From: Psilocybe cubensis
Taxonomy: Eukaryota
Direction of reading: 5' to 3'
Length of the DNA stretch: 64,000 nucleotides
Assembly: GCA_017499595.2 (NCBI GenBank)
Contig: CM038999.1
Coordinates: 1,550,001-1,614,000, forward strand
The notes beneath the pieces are model-generated. The model was not told where the DNA came from, did no database searches, and saw only the letters and a list, made by a program, of their open reading frames with translations. Positions 41,975 through 53,433 of this stretch are shown one piece after another. Each line of letters begins with the position of its first letter. Within the stretch, counting starts at the first letter, position 1. The position numbers and the translations under genes are program-made.

Positions 41975-42739
41975 CTACTTCTTCGTTGAACCAAAACCAC
42001 CAAAACCCATGAGAGCAGCCATTTCAGAATCGCCATCATCTTGAATCATAGCCAGGCGGGCTTTCTCTTTCTCAGCCTTTCTCTCGGCCTTCTTATTCTC
42101 TCGTATTTCGCGTTCCTTTTCCCTAACTTCTGCCAGACGTTGGTCGAAGTCGAATGCTTTAGCTGATGCAGCCTCTTTGGTTTTTTCTCTGAGATACGCT
42201 ATTCGTGCTTGAACCTGTGCTAGAGTCGACCGTTCTATTTTTGTCGTCTGACCCAAGGCGCGTAGATCTAATGGCAATAATTGAGAAATTTACAGAACGA
42301 TGAAGTGGAATAACTTACGCGCTCTACTATTTATGTGATCAAGATAGCCAACACTGTCTTTGTAAGTCCTGTTACACGTTTCACAGTAGAATCCAGGCTG
42401 CCCCGGTCCCTTTCCACCAGGATTTTGGACGACCATGGTCTTGCCAAGGTTTTTGTCAAGCTCTAACGGAGCCTCTCTTTGTTGCATCAGTTGAGTAGGT
42501 TTGGGCAAGTCATCTTTTCGACCTTTTAGAGGACGTTTACCTAGACAGAAAGTTAGTTATTATCGAGAAATTGAGTGAAAAAGTTGACCCTTTTTCATGC
42601 GCTCTTCATTCTCCTGCATGCGTTCCCTTTCTTCTTGGTCTTTCTTTTTGGCACGTTCAGCATACTCTTCCTTGTCCCATTTCTTCCGGAAATCAGTATC
42701 TGCGGCTTTAGTGCCGTATGCGCCGCCTTTGTCTGCCAT
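41975..42739 (-). CDS. SNU23: U4/U6.U5 tri-snRNP zinc-finger protein Snu23/ZMAT2
   Basis: DTDFRKKWDKEEY, GFYCETCNRTYKDSVGYLDHINSRAH (matrin-type C2H2), MAALMGFGGFGSTKK. Confidence 0.92.
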
Positions 42740-42916
42740 GAGGAGGAGGTATTAGCCTTGTCGGCTGGTCAGTGGCAGTTGCAGGGCAGTTGCCAGAAAA
42801 GGTCACGTGAGTAAGCCACGGACGGTGGCGCCAACTTGCGACCTTGGAAGAACTTGCATCGAAACATCAATGCCTTACAGACCGTTGCGTCTTCATACGA
42901 CTACTTTGCTGCCATA

Positions 42917-44512
42917 ATGCCCTCCAACGATAACGAAATTCAATATCATCTGTCATTCCCACTACCATACCGCGCACTCCTTCTGATAGGTCTTGGAATA
43001 TTTGGATGGGCCAGCAATCTCCATGGCCTCGACATTCTTGGGGTGGACGCAGTGTCGGCGATGGACCTGCGAACGGACACCTATAGCTCCAACTCAGTAA
43101 TGCCTGTACATCATTCTACCAGTTTCAGACACACCAAAGCCGCCATTCTCTACCATTCTGTATACCGCATATTCTTTTCCTATGCTACAGCTTGCTTTTT
43201 TTCCTGGACCATCTATAGATTTGTTACTCAAGGCGATCCTTTGCGCGTAGACGCATATGGGTATATACCAGGGATTACTGCAATCGCCCTTCTACTCATT
43301 CTGTTATGCCCATATAATATCATGTTTTTGCATGAACGCGCCAAGTTTACCATGTAAGTCCAACTATGACGTGTTTTTTTTCCGCGTTATAAGTGTCTAA
43401 CCTGCGCATCTTCCAGGGCCATCCGAAGATGCTTGTTTCCTGCTGGAAGTGGTGCAATATATTTTTCTGATGTGATATTTGCCGACATTGGTACATCCTT
43501 CGCCAGAGTTTTTGGGGACATTTGGCTATCACTTTGGATGCTGAAACCAGGAAATAGCATCTTAGTGCCTCCTGTAGAAGATTACTGGTCGCGTTGGTTT
43601 TTCCCTCTGGTTATGAGGTGAGTGTTATCGTTGAAGTTTGTATGGGTTTGTTTTAACGTCAAAATAGTTTTCCCTTTTTCCTACGATTCCGGCAATGTCT
43701 CATAGAGTACAATTTACCATCCAATGACAGTCGGAAGCCATTGTACAATGCATTAAAATACGCGACGTCATTTCCGGTTATATTCTTGTCTGCTGCTCAA
43801 CGTACACTTTCCACGGATATGAGTAAGGAAAGCGAGAATAAAATTTCTGGAGGAAGTTGGCAAGGCCCCCATCCCCTATTTCGACTGTGGTATGTAATGC
43901 TTTTTGGCACCCCTCGAACGAAATTGATCAGGTTTAAGGTTGCTGGCAGCCGCCGTCAATTCCTTGTATTCATTTTGGTGGGATGTCACCAACGATTGGG
44001 GCTTGGACTTGTTGAAGATCGAGCGAACAAAGGCCGTGGATCGTCACATTCCGAGACCACTTATTCTTCCCCGACTGCATTCTGGTACTCCTTTGGTTAA
44101 TAGCCGCACATCGCTTGATTCCCAGTCGTCAGAAGATCACCCGCCAGTCCGTATTGAACTCAGCGATCCGCCCAAATATCGACACCGTCAATCGTGCTTT
44201 GGCTTGCGAACAATCTTGTTCTATCCACGCGCCATCTATCCAGTTTTGATTTTCGTCAATCTGCTGCTACGCATGATATGGTCGGTCAAGTTGTCTACAC
44301 ATATGCAATCGTCGCGAGATGGGAGTGTAGCCTTCTTCTGGTTGGAGGTCGCCGAGTTGGTTCGCAGATGGCTGTGGGTATTCGTGAGGGTTGAGTGGGA
44401 GTTAATCAAGAAAACGCATGACAAGGTTCCCACAAGTCTGTCAGATGAAAGGAGTGGGGATGAGGGTGAATACGAAATGATTCCTAACACACCCGACGTG
44501 ATGGGTAGATAA
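42917..44512 (+). CDS. ERD1: EXS-domain membrane protein (Erd1-like)
   Basis: FPLPYR, FSDVIFADIGTSFARVFGD, LRFRQCLIEY, NALKYATSFP, NSLYSFWWDVTNDWGL, ELVRRWLWVFVRVEWE; no N-terminal SPX domain. Confidence 0.85.
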
Positions 44513-45402
44513 CAGTGGCTTAAATAATCAATCATCCGGATATCCAGTGTAGTAAGTGTAAATATGTCTATTATGATGCTGGTATTAACTTTCTCTTCTT
44601 CGCTTAGATTCCTCCCTAATATAGACCTTTATTCTATGTTCTCAATCACACAAACCAATTACATTCATATTGATGAAACTCTTTCAACCCACGAATACAC
44701 TGCCTATAATATCAGCAGATACTCACCAAGAAGCCTTTACATATCATGAAATAGACTTCGCTCTTCCAAGATTTTTCTACAGTTGCCACGCGATCATGAA
44801 TCAGTGTCTTGATGTGGGTGTTTGCTCACCTTTAGAATTGGCTCACTCACATAGCCCGCACAATTAACACATTTCCTTTCATTAAGCACGGCGGCACCGT
44901 AACCAGGTCCTAACATAACTTGGTGGCCTGAAGACGCCGATTCCGACTTAGACCGCCTCATCTCGGGGTGAACGGGATGTCCAGAGGATCATGCTTGATA
45001 CCCATGGAAAGCAGCAAATAGACAGGTTCGAAAATAGAATGCACATTGTGTGTGAGTCCATTTCCGGAACAAAACGGTACACTACATCCTCCTGCATTCC
45101 AATTTCCATCGACCAAGGTTACCGATTACACGTGATCTCTTTTGGAAGCTTTACCATGCAACTATCCATGGGCCTGTATGCCTAATGTGTAACATTTGGT
45201 ATGCATCGGGAGGATTCGATTGATTTACCAGGCTTTCATTGTCATCTGACGCCCGCTCAGATTTCCCTTGTAGATGTTCCCGCGTAAATCGAATGGCAGA
45301 GTGGCTGAGACATAAAAGGACCATGCTCTCATTCATTCTTTCCACATCCCAGTTACTTGCCCACTTCACTCATCCACTACCAACTTTTTATCAGAATAAG
45401 TC

Positions 45403-47266
45403 ATGAAGGTGGTATTTCTTGAGAATGACCCAGCTTAGATTGTTGACGTTATATCAAAGGTCCTTGCAATCCTCTACGAAGGTGGCCAGGCTGCTAAAGA
45501 AGAACCACGCCTGTTGGGCACGGTTGAGAACAAGGTACACTTAATTTATATTTTTGAAGTTACGACTTTCTGACTTTAAATGAATAGCTGGGCATTGCGG
45601 AATGGCTTACATCCCAAGGCCACGAATTGATCGGTAAGGTCATTGTGCATACTCGATTAATCACTACTCACGTTGATTAATGTAGTGTGTAACATCTTTG
45701 CTCCTTTGCTCTGGTTGTTCATGCTCTTTTGTAGGTCTCAAGTAGCAAGGAGGGCCCCGATAGCGATTTCCAAAAGCACATAGTTGATGTACGACCCATC
45801 ATTTTTCAAAGTGCTCATTTGACAACATGCTCTGTTATAGGCTGAAGTTTTGATTACAACGCCTTTCCATCCGGGGTGAGTTCATAAAGTATACCATAAA
45901 TTACATTGGGCTCAGCAAGGTCAATGTAGGTATTTGACTCGAGACCTCATTGAGAAGGTAAAGCTACTGGTTATCGGGTGACTATCTCATCCGAACAAAA
46001 CTTGTTAGGCCAAAAACCTAAAGCTTTGCATCACTGCTGGCGTTGGCTCTGATCACATCGACCTCAATGCTGCAGTCGATCATAGAATTCAAGTTTTAGA
46101 GGTAAATTGATTGTAGTGCATCCTTCGCCCCTTGTTTACACGTTAGGCAGGTCTCTGGGTCAAATGTCGTCTCTGTTGCCGAGCACGTCGTGATGAGTAT
46201 TCTCCTTCTCGTCAGGAATTTTGTCCCTGCCCACGAGGTTAGAAAATATACTACAGCTTTTGCGTCGCTGTTTTTCACTGTTTTACAGATGATCGAAAGG
46301 GGAGATTGGCAGGTATCTGACATTGCCAGAAATGCCTTCGATTTGGAAGGAAAGGTTGTTGGCACTATTGGTGCTGGACGTATCGGCTACCGTGTCCTTC
46401 AACGTCTCGTTCCCTTCGATACCAAGGAGCTCCTTTACTATGATTACGCCCCTCTTCCAGCAGGTAAAAAATGGTTGTCAACCAATCATCCTTTAATCTC
46501 ACCCGTCGTTTAGCTGCTGCCGAAGCTGTCAAGGCCCGTCGAGTAGAGGATCTCAAGGCATGTTTTAAAATGTCTCGACTTCTTTAAAATCCCACTTATT
46601 TCTGCTTTATAGGAATTTGTTTCTCAGGTACACGTCATTCAAGAAAGTTGAATAAAGTGTCGCTGATCAGACCTACAGTGTGATGTTGTCACTGTCAATT
46701 GCCCTCTCCACGAAGGCACCCGAGGACTTGTGAACGAAGAATTGCTCAAGCACTTTAAAAAGGGTGCATGGCTCGTTAACACTGCTCGTGGTGCTATTTG
46801 TGACAAGGATGCTGTTGCCGCCGCTCTCAAGAGCGGACAACTTTCTGGCTACTCTGGCAAGTATAAACTTGCCTTTTTGCTACTTGTGGATTCTAAAATT
46901 GCAGCATCATAGGCGATGTTTGGAACGTTCAGCCCGCACCCAAAGACCATGTTTGGCGTACTGTGAAGAACCCCCTCGGTGGTGGTAACGGAATGGTACC
47001 ACACTACTCTGGCACTACCCTTGACGCTCAGGCACGCTATGCTAACGGTGCCAAGAGTATTCTTGAGAATTACTTGTTGAACAAGCCTCAGGACCCACAG
47101 AACATCATTGTTGGCATTGGTGAGTTCACCTATTCTACTTCCAGGTTTTATTCAGGTACCTAATATATTAAAATCTCAGGCAAGTACGAGAGCAAGGCTT
47201 GTGAGTGTCACTTTCATTGTACAAATATACTTTTGTTGATGATAATTTGCAGATGGTCAACGCTGA
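45403..47266 (+). CDS. FDH1: NAD-dependent formate dehydrogenase, about 15 exons
   Basis: [87 protein letters not shown]; ends KAYGQR*. Confidence 0.96.
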
Positions 47267-47594
47267 AAGCTTGCAGGGATGTTGCAACATCTCTCGATTA
47301 CATCGATATTTCGTCGCTGAAACGCTGTCCTGTTTTTTCTTACACATGTATAACTACCTGGAAATAAACATAAATTGTCCTCGTCAACGTTAATCTTCGA
47401 AATAGGGTAAATTTGTGTGTGTGGTATAGATACAGAATTGATGATAAGTTATACAAATATTACTCTTTAAGTAATGAATGACAAAGCAGGAAAATGACTA
47501 CATAGTGATGGCTAATACTGACAGTGTGGCGTGGGTGCAAAGTGGGCATGGTTTAAATAATAGATAGCGAATGATAGCGAGCGAGGCAACGGAA

Positions 47595-50028
47595 TTACTT
47601 CCCTTGTTTGTCTTGCGCGCCCGAGGTTAGATACTTGGATAAAAGCTGCGTGAAGAATTGATCCATATGTCTCGCGTTCTTTGCGTAAATGGTCGACTCT
47701 GGATTGTAGAGTCGGCAATTGTCGAAGATTAGCTGAACATCTTCTTGGAAACCTTCAAAAGATTTATATTGATTCGTGGCGATTTTATTTTGTATTGTTG
47801 ATAAATCTACGAAAATATCAGGTACAAAGGATAAATATAATCAGTATATACAAACAGCATCATGAACCGCGTACCCATTGGATGCTTGATGACGTCGAAA
47901 TAATCAGCAACGTCGGCCGGGTCGACGGGATCTCGGAAAGCCCAAGATCTCGGTTCCTCAATCAACTCTGCTAGGATTTTTTCCATGGTAGTCCGTGTAC
48001 TAGGTTTAACAGGACCACGGGCCAATCTTCGTATAATATGATAAGAAACAAAGAAAGTAGAACAGTTGTGTAAACTTACAGCGCTGCCATTTCAGGAGTC
48101 CAACCTGTTTCTCCTGGAATTTTTTGTTTTTAAAAAAACATTCCCAAAAACGTTCAGGTTACTCACTTAGACCAGGAACAGTTTTTGGGTCGACTTTAAT
48201 GCCTGGTGGCGCGCCTGGTTGGAATTGAGGGAGTCCAGGGTATACGATATGAGAAGTCGATTTCTCGCGAATTTTTGCAAGGATTGCTTCGGTTTGCTGC
48301 TTGAAGATGGATTGCTTATCCAAGTAGTCAATCTTGGGTAACATGGTGCACTGCATTATAGTTCCGCCTTCATAATCTTTAATATACCCCGCCCACACCG
48401 AACGGTCTAATGAGATATCTTTGGAGAAACCCTGCTTTTCGAAGTATCCAACAGCATAGTTGTCAGCATATGTGAGGAAGTGCATCATATCCGGATAAGT
48501 CTTTCGAATGTGCGCTTTGAAATGATCCATCAACATTCCCCCGTAGCCCTAAACTTCAGCATTTAGTTGAATGTCGAACGATGAACGCAACATTGATGAA
48601 TACCTTTTCTTGATCAGCAGAGTTTGTGGCAAAGAAGACGATTTCTGCGAAGCCTCTTTGTATGAAGGGTCGGTAACAGATCCCTCCAACGACTTTATAT
48701 CCTCGTTTGATGATAGCAAGAGATTTTGAATTAATATCAAAAACGAGGCGAGCTATGTATTCGCGAGGCATTTTAGGAAGCTGCTTCTGGAAGAGTGTCT
48801 TAAGACCTGTTAGAATTATTAAAGAGCGAGCCTGTCTGTCGTTTTCCACTGCAGTAATTTGTATGACCCCTTTTCGCAATTCAATTGCTGATGGTTTTTC
48901 TGTTCTCACTGGTGGCTGCAATAAATGCCGGTAAATGTGCTGGAACAAAAGAAAGAAACTCGAATTCCTACGCACGCCTGCTGACGACCTTCCAACGGAG
49001 TCCACTGGTATACCAGCAGTCAAGCGATTGAGCTGGCCTTCGTCCATCTTGTCCTCTTGTTTAATTCGGGGTTCATGCCCATTAATTCCATTATGTTTCC
49101 CATTAAAGGTCGGAGCGTTGGCATTGGCTTCTTCAATTGATGATGCAGGTACAGCACCTCCTGCAAGAGTATGTGACTTCTTTGTCTTTTTACCAGGTGC
49201 TTGTTTTCCGCTTCGCTTTCCAGGAACCGAACGAGACCCCATTGTAATCCGAGCAGCGAGAGGCCGATCTTCTTCATCATCATCCTCATCGTCATCCTCG
49301 TCATGGTCAGCATCACTTAAGGAGGAGAAAGACACGCGTCGTTTTTTGGTCGCGGGTTGCGGAGGGTCGCTAAGTATAGATGATGTTGGAGAACGAGGGG
49401 GAACATTTTCTATTCGGTGGTCTGACAAATACTTAGGGAGAATAGGGATACCAGAAACGGTGTATATTGCTTACCTGGAGATGAGTTGGTAGCTGCAAGA
49501 CTGACAGACGAAATTGTATGAGCCATTTGTTTCCGTAGGGAGGATATATCGTCATCCGTGTAGTCAAAGTCCGGTAGACGACCAGAGTCCTGACATGGGA
49601 CAATTATACATAAAGAGAGTATGCGAATGGTCGTTGCGTACCTAAACAAGTTAACAGCCGTGTTGTTCATCGGACAGTGGGCTTACCTGCAATAGTTCAT
49701 CAAGTCGAATGGCGACTCTGGCTTTTCGATTGAACTCTACTCTTCCAAGTTCCTTCTCGTCTGCATTATGTTCCTTTACACCATGACCACAGGCACAGCT
49801 TGACAGGTAAGAGGATGGTGGTTCGTCCTCGTCGTCTGAGCCATACTGCCCAAGGTCACCTAAACTTGAATCGCTCTGACCGTCGACCACTACGTCAATG
49901 CCGGGTGGCGGATGGAGTCCAGGACATTTGATACATCTGGAACAAGGAGAATGTCTTGCAATCTTGAGTGCAAGAAGAGAGGTATCTAATTTCTCAAAGG
50001 AATGACATGAGGGATATCCGACCTTCAT
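47595..50028 (-). CDS. GCN5: Histone acetyltransferase Gcn5 (N-terminal Cys/His domain, GNAT, bromodomain)
   Basis: [61 protein letters not shown]; bromodomain WAFRDPVD...[11 protein letters not shown]...NCRLYN. Confidence 0.95.
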
Positions 50029-50233
50029 GATGATCGTGTATGAGAGCTTAAACTGAAAGCATCTGGCGGATCGTTTCAATAGCCAATATCACGTGACTGA
50101 TGAGGGCTGAGGCAACCTGGGTTTCCGTATTAACTCCATCAAACTGCATCCGTTTCTTGGGCGATGTGAATCGGACACACCTAGGGTGTTGGGGCTTTAT
50201 ATTTCTTGTCTTCTGCTTTCATGTATCCCTAGG

Positions 50234-51213
50234 ATGCTGTTTGTACCAGCAGCTCCTCTACTTTTGCTCTGCCTCTCCTCCCATGTTATTGCTCAGTGGA
50301 TTGAATACTCCGACAATGGACTCGCAACGATGACGCACTATGAGCTTCCGTCAGGATACGTTGCATCATGCGGATGTACTCCTTCCAGCACGAATTACCC
50401 TACAGCGGCACTTTCGCAGATGGCGTATGGTAGCAGTACTAATTATGGTACGCCTGTATTACTCACATCTCGCATTCGCGCATACATGGTTATTAACTGG
50501 TGAAATCATGGCAGGTCCTGGCTGTGGACGATGCTTCAATTTAACGCTCATTAATCCGGTCACTGCGACCCCCCCTTTCATCCCTCCTGTTGTAAAATCT
50601 ATCGTTGTGAAAATTACGGACCTTTGCCCTCTCTCTCAAACTGGATGGTGCTCCGGGACCACCTCCAAACCCAACACGTCCGTGACCAATATCAACGGTA
50701 CAGAAAAATATTGAATCTTGCACGATTATACAGTGCTGGTGCTTTTCTGAATTTTGATCTTGCATACCCTTCAAAGGCTATACCTGATGATTTCTTTCCT
50801 TCTGATGAGGCTCTTTATGGCTACAAGGCATGTAACAGAATCTTCTTGGCCCACATTTACCTTACCTCCTACGAATTGTAAGGACTTTGGTGTCTGGAAC
50901 ATCTCGTACCAGAGCGTGCCGTGTTTGAATGACTGGGCTGGGTCCGATAATGCTGCTGCTTTGGGCAGTGTCAAAGCTTTGGGTACCGGTGCTTGCTGCC
51001 CAGCTGAGCCTTCTCTCTCGAATACCTCGAACGTCTGTCCTTCTTTTTCTGATCAAAACGGGATCCCGTATGTTCCTCAATTCTCATCAAGGTACAAACT
51101 AATTATATCGTGAAAACAGGCCTGACACTAGCACAAATTCCTCCGCAGCACTCACCATGCAATGGCCCGTCGGCGTACTATTTTTATTGGTATTGCTTTC
51201 AAATATTCAGTGA
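50234..51213 (+). CDS. Secreted GH45 subfamily-C/expansin-like double-psi beta-barrel protein with probable GPI-anchor signal
   Basis: Signal peptide MLFVPAAPLLLLCLSSHVIA; ASCGC, TAALSQMAYG, GPGCGRCFNLT, VVKITDLCP, NFDL; hydrophobic C-terminus WPVGVLFLLVLLSNIQ*. Confidence 0.75.
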
Positions 51214-51496
51214 ATATACCCCTTGTGTATACTACAAATATGTAGACCTCAGTTTGTATCTGACATTCTCATGGGTTACATCTGCCAATGTATTATTGAT
51301 AATTATACATACCCATGCGATATGGATTGGAGGTGGAGCGGAAAAAGATTATATACACTAATAAATCTAGATCTTTCGTGATTTCATAGCACAATCAAGA
51401 TTCAACGCCTTTATGCAACCGTTATGCCGATTGTCCTATGCGATGCGCCTGAAAGGAAGCATTGGTGGTTTTGTCAAGACTGATAACATTGTAATT

Positions 51497-53094
51497 TTAC
51501 TTCACCAAGTCGTCATTGGCGACTTGACTATAGCGAGCTCGCATGCCGCTGGGAAGAAATCGGGAAACATATCGCAGACCTCCTATCCAGACAAAGGCAG
51601 ACACAACAACTCCAACGATAATGAGGACGAAAAATAAATCAGCAAATTGTGTCCCTGGGGGAATAATGGCCGTCTCCGACGCAGAAGTAGCCTCTGTGGA
51701 CACAGGGGTTGATGCATTGGCTGCTTCAGTCTCTATCTTCGCATTTACTGGGGTCTTAAGGGCTTCAGGTGTGCCACCAGGTATATCCTGTTAATAATAA
51801 TATGGATTTATTGATACGAAATTTTGGGGCACTCAGAGAACGTTTAAAGTTCAGCATGAAGAGGTACCTCATTGCCATCGGCATCCTTGGTTTTCTCAAC
51901 AGGAAGCTGAAAGAAAGTTTATGTAACACTGGAAAAGAAAAAATGAAGAAAATATCGCACCTCTCCAGAGTCTGCAATAATGACATCCTCCTTGGGACGA
52001 TCACCTCCACCCTTAGGCACGTTCTCTGTAATAGATTGAGCAAAGAAACACATGAAACCCAAAAAAGAAAACAAACCAATCTGATGGACAACGTCCATGC
52101 CATCTATAACTTTCCCGAAGACAACCTGATGGTAAAGGCGTGAATAAATTGCGCTGCAGAGCTTGAGAAGAACTTACGTGTTTGCCATCGAGCCAGCTAG
52201 TAACAACAGTGCAGATAAACTATGAGGAGATGGTTAAATCGGGAGCAAATGAGCAATGCCCTAGAGACTGACGAATTGAGAACCTATATGACCAGCATAA
52301 GACATATGAAATATATTGATATTAGTCTAGGTAATACATACCGTTGGTATCCTTGCCTGCGTTTGCCATTGAAAGTGTACCTGGTCCAGTGTGGCGAAGT
52401 TTGCTGAATGAAGGGATAGTGAGAAGGGTTCATTCATTGGTAAGAGCTAGGCATACAAGTTTTCGTCCGCAAAGCGGTCACCATAGATCGACTATCCCGA
52501 AAATAGGTAAGTCATGAATCATTTCAAAGTATAAGTGATATACCTTGCCACCTGTTCCATCGCCACGAGCTAATAGGGGTTTAGCTTTTCTATGATACAT
52601 GTCTGCTAAGTTCAAACTCACTAAAATCACCACCCTGGATCCTATCATTTTGAAAACAAGGTCGTGAGTCGGCGGTTAACGTTTATAAGGATGTCAACGA
52701 ACATGAAGTCTTTGATGACGCGGTGGAATTTGGAGCCTTTGTAACCATAACCAAGTTCTTCGCCGTTTTTGTTTTTGCCAGTAGCAAGAGCGCGGAAGTT
52801 CTCCACTGTTTTGGGGACAGTCTAAACACAATGATTAGAGGAATAGACAGAGACCAATAGAGTCAACATACGCCACCGTAGAGACCCATGGTAACTGTAC
52901 AGAATTCAGCAAACATTCAAACAGCAAAACTCAAATTAACATTACGCACTACGACCAAGGTCCTTGTCGCCATGCTTGATATCAAAGTAAACGATATTGG
53001 TGATTTTGGGGCCCTTCGCAGCTTCTGCGGACTGAGCGCAGAAGAAGGCGACGACAGAGACAACAACGAAAGCGAGGGAAACACGGCCGAACAT
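51497..53094 (-). CDS. CYPB: ER cyclophilin B (peptidyl-prolyl isomerase); two predicted C-termini (stop 51844, HAEL; or stop 51497, TM-anchored)
   Basis: Signal peptide; [76 protein letters not shown]. Confidence 0.93.
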
Positions 53095-53433
53095 GGTGGT
53101 ATAAAGTCAAAGAATGTAGACGTGTCGGATTAAACGAGACGTGGCGACCACTGATGATTCAGAGTGTGGGAATACCACAACGCGACGGATCAACCTCTGA
53201 AAGATCAAACCAGTTGTGTGGTCCTTGTTGGCCCGTTGGGTATAACTTAGAAATTGGAAAAGAAAAACATAACAAGATCCTCTTTGAAAATGCGGTAGAC
53301 CCAACGTAGTGCACAATCATGTACTCGATACATTACAATAAACTCAATAAGTATATATATAGCTCAAATCAAACACTGCTTGTCAATCTAAATCAACAGT
53401 GAAGCCGGGAGAATTTGATATAGAACACATCAA

